DNA of 64,000 nucleotides, from contig CBDAFS010000034.1 of the NCBI GenBank assembly GCA_965195285.1, positions 1 to 64,000 of the forward strand, written 5' to 3'. Below the pieces are notes generated by a model. It saw only the letters and a list, made by a program, of their open reading frames with translations. It did not search any database and was not told where the DNA came from. Within the stretch, counting starts at the first letter, position 1; every line of letters starts with the position of its first letter. This document shows positions 48,901-56,972 of this stretch, piece by piece. The stretch is from an uncultured Aminicenantes bacterium (GTDB lineage Bacteria > Acidobacteriota > Aminicenantia > UBA2199). The translations under genes were made by a program, and so were the position numbers.

Positions 48901-49650
48901 ATCCTGTTTTTTGGCAATGATGATATTTCCGATTTCCCCGACCGAACGAAATTCATTTAAGGTTCTCACGATATATTCGGTTTCGCCTTCCTTGATATTA
49001 CCGCCAGCCAGGTTGATGTTTTCCTGGCTCAAGCGGGTGGTGATATCATTGAACCTGATCTTGGTGGTTACCAGTTTTTTTTCATCCAGCTTGATGAGGA
49101 TTTCCTTTTCAAATCCACCCTTTACCCGGGCAGCAGCCACCCCTTCCAGGGATTCGAGCTCTCTGGAAATTTCATCCTCAACAATTTCCCGCAATTCAAT
49201 CAGGGGCATATCACTGATAATACCGATCCGCAGAACCGGATCCAGGGACGGATCATAGCGCAGGATCATGGGCCGTTCCACGGCCCGGTCCAGATAAACC
49301 TGGTCGATTTTTTCTCGAATTTCCTGAGCCGCCCGATCCAGGTTGGCTCCCCAGTTGAACTCAAGAATAATATCCGACTGTTCCGGCCTGGATATGGAGG
49401 TCACCGAGACCAGGTCCTTGATCAGGCTCAGCTGCTCTTCCAGAGGCCTGGACACCACGTTTTCCACTTCCTCGGGAGCGGCGCCGGGGTACTCGGTCCG
49501 GATGGTATAGGAGGGATATGAAATCTCCGGCATCAATTCCCAGCTCAGGCGGTTCAGACTCACATATCCAAAAACCACAATACCCAGCACAATCATGATG
49601 ATAGCCACCGGCCTGGTGGTGGTAAACCCGAATCGCGATTTTAGCTTCAT
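45973..49650 (-). CDS. RND efflux transporter permease with large internal hydrophobic insertion
   Basis: GMLVDNSIVVMESI, VNNAIVL, RLRPILIT; 1225 aa. Confidence 0.92.
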   Translation of the reverse strand: MKLKSRFGFTTTRPVAIIMIVLGIVVFGYVSLNRLSWELMPEISYPSYTIRTEYPGAAPEEVENVVSRPLEEQLSLIKDLVSVTSISRPEQSDIILEFNWGANLDRAAQEIREKIDQVYLDRAVERPMILRYDPSLDPVLRIGIISDMPLIELREIVEDEISRELESLEGVAAARVKGGFEKEILIKLDEKKLVTTKIRFNDITTRLSQENINLAGGNIKEGETEYIVRTLNEFRSVGEIGNIIIAKKQDVSVRLKDIAEVSYSHKERRVITRVNKRESIEVNVFKEADANIVDVCTRVKERLLGTPEQQKFTKELEKQKPQAKKSFQQILLEKRMTDFIAYRLPGSIQYHILADQSIFIQNSINEVRNTALIGGILAVIILFLFLQHFSTTLIVAVSIPISIIATFAPLNIFQVSLNIMSLGGLALGIGMLVDNSIVVMESIFRCREEGDDWVESAIRGVSEVGGAVTASTLTTIAVFFPIVFVEGIAGQVFGDLSLAVVFSLLASLMVSLFFIPMLASRKIDRKKYLEMRQFSFHFEKEKSVKNYVLIVIQTIGYLAVLFFNLAVVLTLLLISAIFILLYPLLVPLGLKKYGVQFIRWVEAKFEKKKLLWDDFMVIRLFHHFVESMSEKAKRIKSRWFPLKKNIFLIPILLWIAINKVFSFLYYVFRFVLTGFVFGFVRLVISWLGMGIVFVKGLGILFLTVFGFLVNLVKLVFNKLLEFLYKGYPRLLAASLKNDMKIMGTVVVLFLITILVILPQIGSELIPEVHQGTIYVNVTFPVGTPVEKSDSTLQRISQEISGLALVDSLSFFAGTTKEELSEEEVGEHIGKVTVNIKKSRKLQKSEEMVIDNIRGVLKNFTDMDYNISRPVLFSMKPPVEVVIKGYNLAQLRRISREVYEKIARLPGLKDVQSSVKPGFPELVIEFNRMKLSHFGMNAYDVASLIKNKVEGFVATKFKEKDKRIDVRVYLRDDQRRRAENIKNLIVNPGGEVPIPLSSVANVSIRSGPNEIRRVDQDRSAIISANIADISLKDAVEKIYDVVQNYPLPPEFSYELTGQNKEMKTSMNSLAMAMILAMFLVYIVMASQFESFLHPFLILFTIPMAFIGVFITLFVLNIPIGITVYIGMIVLVGIVVNNAIVLIDYINTLRKRGMEKLEAIKQAGRVRLRPILITTFTTVLGLFPMAVGLGEGTEIRAPMAVSIIAGLLSATFLSLILIPVVYNKFSK

Positions 49651-49663
49651 GTCCAGTTCTCCC

Positions 49664-50767
49664 TCATGTCACCGGCTCGACAACCTTGACCATCATATCT
49701 GTTTTCAATGAACTCTTACCGGCCGTGACCACCTTTTCCGATCCGGTCAGGCCCTGGTCGATCTCCATCACATTGCCCTCTTCGAAGCCCAGTTTCACCA
49801 GTTTTTTCTGGGCCTTGTTGTCCTTATCAATAACAAACACATAGACTTTTCCCCCTTCATAGAGCAGTGCATCCTTGGTCAACAATATGACATTTTCATG
49901 AACCTTTTTTATTATTTTGACATTCACAAACTGGCCCACGGCAAACACATTTTTCTTATCATTCACTGCCACCGTTACCCTGAAAGTACCGCTTTCCGGG
50001 TCAATGGCCGGTGAAATGCGCTTGACAAAACCGGTAACCTGCTGATCACCGGCGGTGATAATGCATTTCTGTTTGAGGAAAACGAAATTTTTCTCCTGCT
50101 CGGGGATATTCACCACGGCTATTTTTTCCCGGATCTGGACAACCGAAAAAGCAATCTGGGAGATATTGATTTTGTTGCCGATTTTAATATGACGCCTGGT
50201 CACCACACCGCTAATCGGAGAGGTAATCCGGGTATAGGACAGCAACAGGCGTTTATGCTCCCATTCCAACCTCGCGGTTTCCAGATTGTATTTAAATCGA
50301 TCATACGCCTCTTTACTCACCATTTGTTTTTCATATATCTCTTTTTGCCGATTAAATTCCATTTTTAGTTTTTCATAATTGATACGGGCTTTCTGCTCAT
50401 TGATCAGGGCTTCACGATCATCCAGAACAGCCAGCACCGTGCCCTTTTTCACATCGTCACCTTCATCATGCCGGATTTCTTCTACAATGCCGGAGGTCAT
50501 GGGATAAATATCCACCACTTTTTCGGAGTCCATATTACTGCTGAAAAGAATAAACGAACTGATATCTCCCCGGTAGAGATCTACCACCTGAACCGGAATC
50601 GCTTCCGTATCTTTTTCCGTTTTCTTGTCCCCGGGCTTACCTTCCTTTTTTTTCTGGCCTGATTCCGTATCAGCCTTTTCCGTTTTTTCCGGCGCCCTTT
50701 TACCGCCGCAATCCAGCAGAAAACCAACCATCAATACAATCACTACGTATGATAATACTTTCTTCAT
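49664..50767 (-). CDS. RND periplasmic adaptor (membrane fusion protein), lipoprotein
   Basis: LLDC lipobox, ITSPISGVV, ISPAIDPESGT. Confidence 0.92.
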   Translation of the reverse strand: MKKVLSYVVIVLMVGFLLDCGGKRAPEKTEKADTESGQKKKEGKPGDKKTEKDTEAIPVQVVDLYRGDISSFILFSSNMDSEKVVDIYPMTSGIVEEIRHDEGDDVKKGTVLAVLDDREALINEQKARINYEKLKMEFNRQKEIYEKQMVSKEAYDRFKYNLETARLEWEHKRLLLSYTRITSPISGVVTRRHIKIGNKINISQIAFSVVQIREKIAVVNIPEQEKNFVFLKQKCIITAGDQQVTGFVKRISPAIDPESGTFRVTVAVNDKKNVFAVGQFVNVKIIKKVHENVILLTKDALLYEGGKVYVFVIDKDNKAQKKLVKLGFEEGNVMEIDQGLTGSEKVVTAGKSSLKTDMMVKVVEPVT

Positions 50768-50873
50768 AATAACTCCTTTAACCTGACACTACCTACTTAT
50801 AACGAATTTAATATAAAAAAGTTATTGATTTTTAAAAAAAAAATTTTTTCCCCGACATTTGATGATTTTTTTA

Positions 50874-50902
50874 TTGACAAAGAACCTTTTTGCGATTAAA
50901 AT
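50874..50902 (+). promoter_or_regulatory. sigma70 promoter of ferredoxin-mrp
   Basis: TTGACA-17bp-TAAAAT followed by AGGAGG SD. Confidence 0.75.
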
Positions 50903-50925
50903 AGAAATCTTTTGAAGGAGGAAAT

Positions 50926-51114
50926 ATGGCATTACATATTGATGATACCTGTATCAATTGCGGCGCCTGTGAAAGTGTCTGCCCGGTCGATGCAATCTCC
51001 GAGGGTGAAGAGTATTACGAAATCAAGACCGATCTCTGTGTGGAATGTGAGGGTCACTTTGACGAACCTCAGTGTGCTTCGGTTTGCCCCACCGATTCCT
51101 GCATAAAAGACTGA
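50926..51114 (+). CDS. 2[4Fe-4S] ferredoxin (YfhL-like)
   Basis: CINCGACESVCP and CVECEGHFDEPQCASVCP. Confidence 0.93.
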   Translation: MALHIDDTCINCGACESVCPVDAISEGEEYYEIKTDLCVECEGHFDEPQCASVCPTDSCIKD

Positions 51115-51131
51115 ATGTTTAATCCATTACA

Positions 51132-51923
51132 GTGACTGAGAAAAAAAACAGTCCATTCTCTCCTATACCGGTAAAGGCCAAAAATATTATTGCCATTGCC
51201 TCGGGAAAAGGGGGTGTGGGAAAAACCACAGTTACAATCAACCTGGCCCTTGCCCTGGCTGAAAAGAAAAAAAAGGTTGGCCTGCTGGATGCCGACATCT
51301 ACGGTCCCAATGTCCCCCTCATGTTAGGGCTTCAAAATGAAGTGGCCGTTGTCAAAAAGTCTAAACTGATCCCGGTCAAAAAATTCAACATCAAAGTCAT
51401 GTCCGTGGGATTTGTGGCCGATCCGGAAAAGGCCTTGATCTGGAGAGGACCGCTGGCCAACAAAGTCATTGAACAATTCCTCAGCGATGTCGACTGGGGA
51501 GAACTGGACATCCTTTTGATCGACCTGCCCCCGGGAACCGGAGATGTCCCGCTCTCCATAGTCCAGAAAACCGAACTTTCCGGAGGAATCATTGTCACCA
51601 CCCCCCAGGAAGCCTCGATTGCGGATGTAAAAAAGATGATCAACATGTACCAGACCACCAATACACGGATTCTCGGTATTGTCGAAAACATGAAATTTCT
51701 GGTCTGCCCGGATTGCTCATCCCAGATAGAACTTTACCCCAATGAGGATAACCGCAGTATCCCCAAAGTCCTGGGTTATGACCTGCTGGCCGAATTTCCT
51801 TTTGAACCCCGGATCGGTTTGAAAAAAACAGACGGATCCCCCTTTTATTTTTCCAATAAAAAAAGCCCGGCCTTTCAGGAAAACCAGAAACTCGCTGAAA
51901 AAATCCTGAAAATTCTTAAATAA
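51132..51923 (+). CDS. mrp: Mrp/NBP35 (ApbC) Fe-S cluster carrier ATPase
   Basis: SGKGGVGKTT, DADIYGP, WRGP, DLPPGTGD, VTTPQ, ENM...CPDC. Confidence 0.92.
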   Translation: MTEKKNSPFSPIPVKAKNIIAIASGKGGVGKTTVTINLALALAEKKKKVGLLDADIYGPNVPLMLGLQNEVAVVKKSKLIPVKKFNIKVMSVGFVADPEKALIWRGPLANKVIEQFLSDVDWGELDILLIDLPPGTGDVPLSIVQKTELSGGIIVTTPQEASIADVKKMINMYQTTNTRILGIVENMKFLVCPDCSSQIELYPNEDNRSIPKVLGYDLLAEFPFEPRIGLKKTDGSPFYFSNKKSPAFQENQKLAEKILKILK

Positions 51924-51998
51924 AAGCAGTGGCTGTCACCCGATTCAACCATTTTCTGCTGAAATGTCCCAAATAAGTTACACCCACAGCCCCACCGG

Positions 51999-52015
51999 TT
52001 GGCATTGAATTTGCT
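51999..52015 (+). promoter_or_regulatory. sigma54 (-24/-12) promoter
   Basis: TTGGCATTGAATTTGCT with GG(52001-52002)-N10-GC(52013-52014), followed by AGGAGG SD and ATG 52037. Confidence 0.7.
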
Positions 52016-52036
52016 TCTCTGTTTCAGGAGGTTAAA

Positions 52037-54034
52037 ATGAAACGTATTTTTACTCTACTCATATGTCTGGTTGTCCTCAACCTCTCTGTTTTTACAGATG
52101 ATTCGAATCCGGTAACTTCTGAAGCCAAGTACTATGAAAATGCCAAAGTGCTCAGGGTCAAATACACCAGCGGAGAAGCCTTTGTCCAGCGCAGTTATGA
52201 GCAAGGATTGGAGCAGGCCACCGTTAATTTGCCGGTTTTTGAAAAGGATAAGATTGGCACCACTTCCGGCCGGCTGGAGCTGTACCTGGGCCGCAGCAAC
52301 TATTTAAGGTTGGATTATGATTCGGAAATCATATTAACCGAAATTCCCAGCCTTAGGAAAACCAACCTTATCATGCGGATTTTAAAAGGTGGTATATATC
52401 TGGATATGGAAAATATCGACCGGGAAAAAGATATTGAAATCCAAACTCCGGACTGCGGTATTTTCCTTCTGGACCGGGGTATATACCGGATCAATGTCAA
52501 TGAATCAGGCAGTACCGAGATATATGTGCAAGAGGGAATTGCCGAAGTGGCCGGTGATAATACCAGTCTGAATGTGCGGGCCAATCAAAAAACCGTGATG
52601 GCCAACGGAAATGTCAGGGAACGGCCATTTTATTTTCAGAGCTCTGACCGGGATAGTTTCGATCAATGGAATAATCAAAGAAACCAAATCATCGGATATT
52701 CCCGCCACAGCTCGTCACGCTACCTGGAAAGCGGTTACGAAGATTACGAATATGAATTATCCAGATCCGGCCGGTGGATTTACGAACCCGGATACACATC
52801 ACATATATGGATCCCCTATAATGTCGGATACAACTGGAGACCCTACTGGAACGGGCGATGGGTCCAGAATCCGTTTTACGGGTATGTCTGGTCCAGTCAT
52901 GATCCCTGGGGATGGTATACCCACCATTACGGTCGGTGGCACTGGAGTGCATTTCACGGCTGGTACTGGATTCCCGGCTATCACTGGTCACCGGCCTGGG
53001 TAAGCTGGTCCTGGAACCATTATCACTATAGCTGGTGCCCATTAAGCTACTGGAACCGCCCGCTGATCATCCTCAACAAGAAATGGATGAGAAATTACAA
53101 TTACCGGAAGGGAATACCCGTTCACTCCAAATCCAATATCATCGTCAAGAAAAACCAGCTTTCAGCTTCCCACATCAACAAGGTGGCCCTCAAACGGAGC
53201 GACCTGGCCAGGGTCAAATCCAATACACTGACCCACCGAACCACTGCCCCACGGGATCAGATATCTGGTTCCCGGATGAATGTCACCGATGCCAGAGGCA
53301 GGTCCGTCCAGTACAAGCGAGCCGGTTTTGTTTCAACATCCCGAACCACAAACAGCACCCGTTCCAGATCAAATGCCTTTAAATATTCCCGGAGTCGGAA
53401 TTCATCGATCCAGCCCTTCACCCATTCCAGAAACACATCAACCTCAAGAACCTCCTACCGGAGCCGATCTTATAAATCCTACCGCACTGTACCCAAATCA
53501 ACCCGGGGATCTTCTTACAAATCCTATCCAAGCCGCTCTTATTCTCCCACCACCCGAAAACGCTCGAGTACCGGAACCCAGAAAGCCAAGAGAAAGAAGA
53601 GCCAATCCTATTATAGCGGGGGAAAAACATCGTCTGCAAGTCGCAATACCTCCACCAGCAGCAGCCAGAACCAGTCTTCATATAAATCCTACCGGCCCTC
53701 GAATTCAACCAGTTCTTCTTACCGCCAATACCGTTCCCGCACCCCTTCATCAACCCGGTCCACCCAAAGCCGGAGTTATTCGTCCCGGAACTATCGATCC
53801 AGTTACCGGTCTTCTAATAGATCCTATTCACCCAGCCGATCGACCAGTCAATACCGTTCATCTTACCGGAGTTCCAGCCAGCCTAGATCTTCATACCGCG
53901 GTTCCAGCAGCCGGACCCAATCCCGCTCATCCTATTCCGGATCCCGTTCATCATCCAGATCCTCATCCAGATCATCATCTAGATCTTCTTCGGGAAGTTC
54001 CAGATCATCCAGCTCAAGCAGGAAAAAACGATAA
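52037..54034 (+). CDS. secreted FecR-domain / DUF6600 protein with long Ser/Arg-rich tail
   Basis: signal peptide, FecR-like domain, WRPYWNGRW...PWGWYTHHYGRW...WSPAWVSW, low-complexity S/R/Y/T C-terminus. Confidence 0.8.
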   Translation: MKRIFTLLICLVVLNLSVFTDDSNPVTSEAKYYENAKVLRVKYTSGEAFVQRSYEQGLEQATVNLPVFEKDKIGTTSGRLELYLGRSNYLRLDYDSEIILTEIPSLRKTNLIMRILKGGIYLDMENIDREKDIEIQTPDCGIFLLDRGIYRINVNESGSTEIYVQEGIAEVAGDNTSLNVRANQKTVMANGNVRERPFYFQSSDRDSFDQWNNQRNQIIGYSRHSSSRYLESGYEDYEYELSRSGRWIYEPGYTSHIWIPYNVGYNWRPYWNGRWVQNPFYGYVWSSHDPWGWYTHHYGRWHWSAFHGWYWIPGYHWSPAWVSWSWNHYHYSWCPLSYWNRPLIILNKKWMRNYNYRKGIPVHSKSNIIVKKNQLSASHINKVALKRSDLARVKSNTLTHRTTAPRDQISGSRMNVTDARGRSVQYKRAGFVSTSRTTNSTRSRSNAFKYSRSRNSSIQPFTHSRNTSTSRTSYRSRSYKSYRTVPKSTRGSSYKSYPSRSYSPTTRKRSSTGTQKAKRKKSQSYYSGGKTSSASRNTSTSSSQNQSSYKSYRPSNSTSSSYRQYRSRTPSSTRSTQSRSYSSRNYRSSYRSSNRSYSPSRSTSQYRSSYRSSSQPRSSYRGSSSRTQSRSSYSGSRSSSRSSSRSSSRSSSGSSRSSSSSRKKR

Positions 54035-54056
54035 GCCAATTCATTTTAGATAGATT

Positions 54057-54092
54057 AAAAGCAGGGAATCGATTCGGGTTCCCTGCTTTTTT
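54057..54092. terminator. bidirectional rho-independent terminator
   Basis: AAAAGCAGGGAATC-loop-GGTTCCCTGCTTTTTT between convergent genes. Confidence 0.85.
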
Positions 54093-54110
54093 ATTTTCGG
54101 AATTCAGGTC

Positions 54111-55685
54111 CTAAACAATCCCGTGGATACGAACCGGACATTTCCCGGCAGCCTTGATCTCTCCTGTCAGGACTTTAAACAGGGCCTCGATCTGAATCCG
54201 GCGAAATCCATAGGTAGCCAGATAGGTTTTTATTTCCGGAAAATGACTGATATCGTAAGGATTTCCCAGGGCCACGACAATCACATCCCCACGGATTTCA
54301 TTGATTCGCTTCAGGGCACTGGATTGAACGGCGGCAATCCCGGGATTACGCGAGTATAGTCCGGCAATCACATAATCAAACCGGTTCAACAGGTCCAGAA
54401 TCCCTTCCGGTACCGACCCGTCCAGTTTCAACAGCCGGGTTTCAACCTGTTGAAAAATGTTGCCGGCCATTTCCGTTAACAGGGCTGTATCATCTGCCTG
54501 GGAAAGCGACTGGGTGGCCTTCACTTTCTGCCATTCCAGGATCAGGATTTTCCGGTTTCGGTTTAATGGGATCAGATCCAACTCATTTCGCAGCAGGGTA
54601 ATGGACTTCTCCGCCAGTTTCAACTCCTGCTTGAGATGGCTTCTGGCTGCTTTTTCACCCAAAACCCCATCCCTTGATTTTCGTTTGGTCAGGAGATGAT
54701 AGCGGTTTTTCAGGTCCAGGATCCGGGACAGGGACTGGTCCAGTCGTTTCTCTTTGATCTGATTGTTCTTTACTTTAAAATACAGAATATCAAACAGTTC
54801 TTTCTGAAAATCAAGATGGTGACTGGCAGTTATGACATCCACCCCGGCCCGGACCGCCCGGGTCACGATTTCCTCGGTTGAGAAATGGTCCTTAATGGCC
54901 TGCATTTCCATGCAATCACTGAACACCACGCCCTGATAATTGAACTCTCCTCTCAATACCCGGTCAATCAGGTCCGGTGAAAAAGTGGCCACATCCCGGG
55001 CAATCCCCTGGTAAATCACATGAGAGGTCATCAGGGAATCGATTTGCTCCCTGGCCAGGGCCAAAAAAGGCTGTAAACAGAAACGGGAAAAAACCTCCGG
55101 GGATATATCCACCCGGGGAATGGTCAGATGAGAATCCTCCACGGTTCCGCCATGACCGGGAAAATGCTTGCCACACCCTGCCAGGCCGCTGTCCTGCAGG
55201 CCCTGGTAAAACTTTTTGGCATAGCGAATGACCACCTCCGGATCATCCGAAAATGACCGGATCCCGATAATGGGATTTTTCTCCTCGAAATTCACATCCA
55301 GAACCGGGGCCAGAATTCCGTCAAATCCGCAGGCATCCAATTCCATAGCCAGGATACGTGAAGCCCGCCGGGCATTATCCGGCTGACCGGTTGCAGCCAG
55401 TCCCATGTGGGAAATCACTGTGGCAGCCATCTCCCTGAATTGAACCACGGTGCCGCCCTCCTGGTCAATGAACAGGAAAGGGGATAGCACTGTCATGGCA
55501 TGGAGGGTATTGGTCAGTTCAATGACCTGTGGAATAGATGGGATATTCCGCGAAAAAAGGATGAAAAATCCGGGATGATACTCCCGGATAAAGGCTCTGA
55601 CCTCATCAGCGGGTTCGGTCCCGTAAAAACCCACCATGAACATCTGGCCGACTTTTTCCTTGAGCGATAATTGTATCCCCTTCAT
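54111..55685 (-). CDS. nagZ: beta-N-acetylhexosaminidase, GH3
   Basis: IDQEGG, IGIRSFS, KHFPGHGGTVEDSH, SDCMEM; two-domain form. Confidence 0.88.
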   Translation of the reverse strand: MKGIQLSLKEKVGQMFMVGFYGTEPADEVRAFIREYHPGFFILFSRNIPSIPQVIELTNTLHAMTVLSPFLFIDQEGGTVVQFREMAATVISHMGLAATGQPDNARRASRILAMELDACGFDGILAPVLDVNFEEKNPIIGIRSFSDDPEVVIRYAKKFYQGLQDSGLAGCGKHFPGHGGTVEDSHLTIPRVDISPEVFSRFCLQPFLALAREQIDSLMTSHVIYQGIARDVATFSPDLIDRVLRGEFNYQGVVFSDCMEMQAIKDHFSTEEIVTRAVRAGVDVITASHHLDFQKELFDILYFKVKNNQIKEKRLDQSLSRILDLKNRYHLLTKRKSRDGVLGEKAARSHLKQELKLAEKSITLLRNELDLIPLNRNRKILILEWQKVKATQSLSQADDTALLTEMAGNIFQQVETRLLKLDGSVPEGILDLLNRFDYVIAGLYSRNPGIAAVQSSALKRINEIRGDVIVVALGNPYDISHFPEIKTYLATYGFRRIQIEALFKVLTGEIKAAGKCPVRIHGIV

Positions 55686-55724
55686 GCCGCTTCGAAGTGA
55701 ATGTTTATGCAGATATTCTATGCT

Positions 55725-56855
55725 TTATCTGATATCTTTCCTGAAAATTCTCCGGCTTTTGTGATGGGTGGGATTGAAAAACTTCCACTGGGCCTGGACT
55801 TTTACATTGGTTTCCAGTTCCAGATTTGATTCGGTGTATTTGAAGCCCATTTTCAAAACGGTTTTGCCGATGTCAACCACCATCATCAGGTCAACCCCGA
55901 CACCCCGGTACTTTTTCCGGACCCCAGCCAGATAAAAATCAAGGACTTCATAGGTTTTCATGGCCTTTAACAGATGATACCAGCCAAATGGAAAGAGCCG
56001 GCCCTTGGCCTTCTGGAATCCCTTGGTCAAACTGGGCATGGTAATCATGAACCCTACCATTTCATCCCGTTCGTTCACCACTGCCTTAACCAGATCCTTG
56101 TGAACAAAGGGAATATACTTTTTCACGTAATATTTAACCTGCTTGTCGGTCAGGGGAACCGAACCGTATATTTCTTCAAAAGACTCATCCAGCAGATAAA
56201 ATAATTCTTCCGCCCGTTTCATCAACTGTTTTTTGTTATCGAATTTCAGAAGCTTTAAATTACCCCGTTCACCGATTCGGTCAGCGATTCGCAGCAGTTT
56301 ATCCGGAAGCCCGGTATCATGAGGAACAATGGCAATAAATTCATGGTAATCAATTTCCTTTTCAAATCTATATTGCTCCAGCAATTCCTGATAGTAGGGG
56401 AAATTATAATTGGAGGCAATGGTGGGAACCTTGTCAAATCCATCGATTAACAACCCCTCCGGATCCAGATCGGTGAAACCATGGGGCCCGGTCATGGTAC
56501 TCATGCCCTGTTCTTTTCCCCATTGTTCCACGGCCTGCAGCAGCGCCCCGGATACTTCGGGATCATTGACACATTCAAACCAGCCAAATCTCAAGTTCCG
56601 AGTCTGATATTTTTTATTGGCAATATGGCTGAGGATCCCCACAATCCGTCCCACTGTCTTGCCCTCCCGGTAGGCCAGAAACAAACGGGCATCCGCGTTT
56701 TCAAAGGCCGGATTCTTTTTGGGATTAAAAACCTCTTTTTCATCCATAATCAGAGGAGGGACCCAGTACTGGTTGCCCCGGTAAAGCTGGTAAGGAAAAA
56801 GAATAAACATTTTAAAATCCTTTTTACTTTCAACTGTTTTTATCTCTACGCTCAT
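55725..56855 (-). CDS. tandem GNAT acyltransferase, YghO / bacterial ceramide synthase-like
   Basis: FPYQLY...WVPPL...NPAF, VGRI, FGWFEC, GLLIDGFD, YNFPYY, GRLFPFGW, ELETN; GAGGTG SD favours ATG 56855. Confidence 0.78.
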   Translation of the reverse strand: MSVEIKTVESKKDFKMFILFPYQLYRGNQYWVPPLIMDEKEVFNPKKNPAFENADARLFLAYREGKTVGRIVGILSHIANKKYQTRNLRFGWFECVNDPEVSGALLQAVEQWGKEQGMSTMTGPHGFTDLDPEGLLIDGFDKVPTIASNYNFPYYQELLEQYRFEKEIDYHEFIAIVPHDTGLPDKLLRIADRIGERGNLKLLKFDNKKQLMKRAEELFYLLDESFEEIYGSVPLTDKQVKYYVKKYIPFVHKDLVKAVVNERDEMVGFMITMPSLTKGFQKAKGRLFPFGWYHLLKAMKTYEVLDFYLAGVRKKYRGVGVDLMMVVDIGKTVLKMGFKYTESNLELETNVKVQAQWKFFNPTHHKSRRIFRKDIR

Positions 56856-56938
56856 GCTCACCTCATTCATGATTATACTATACTCCAGAAATAAAAAACA
56901 ATTCGAATTTTATTCATACTTCCGATCCTGAAAAGGTT

Positions 56939-56967
56939 TTGACAACCCGACTACCCGGGGTTATGAT
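56939..56967 (+). promoter_or_regulatory. sigma70 promoter directly before the start codon (leaderless-type)
   Basis: TTGACA-17bp-TATGAT, 5 nt before ATG 56973. Confidence 0.65.
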
Positions 56968-56972
56968 GGACC

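Noticed and set aside
53930-54015. Short tandem TCCAGATC-like repeats
   Set aside because: They encode SSSR repeats of the protein tail; no spacers, so not CRISPR
53280-54053. 257-aa Pro-rich ORF overlapping the DUF6600 gene in another frame
   Set aside because: Explained by the Ser/Arg low-complexity codons of the main frame; no SD or recognisable domain
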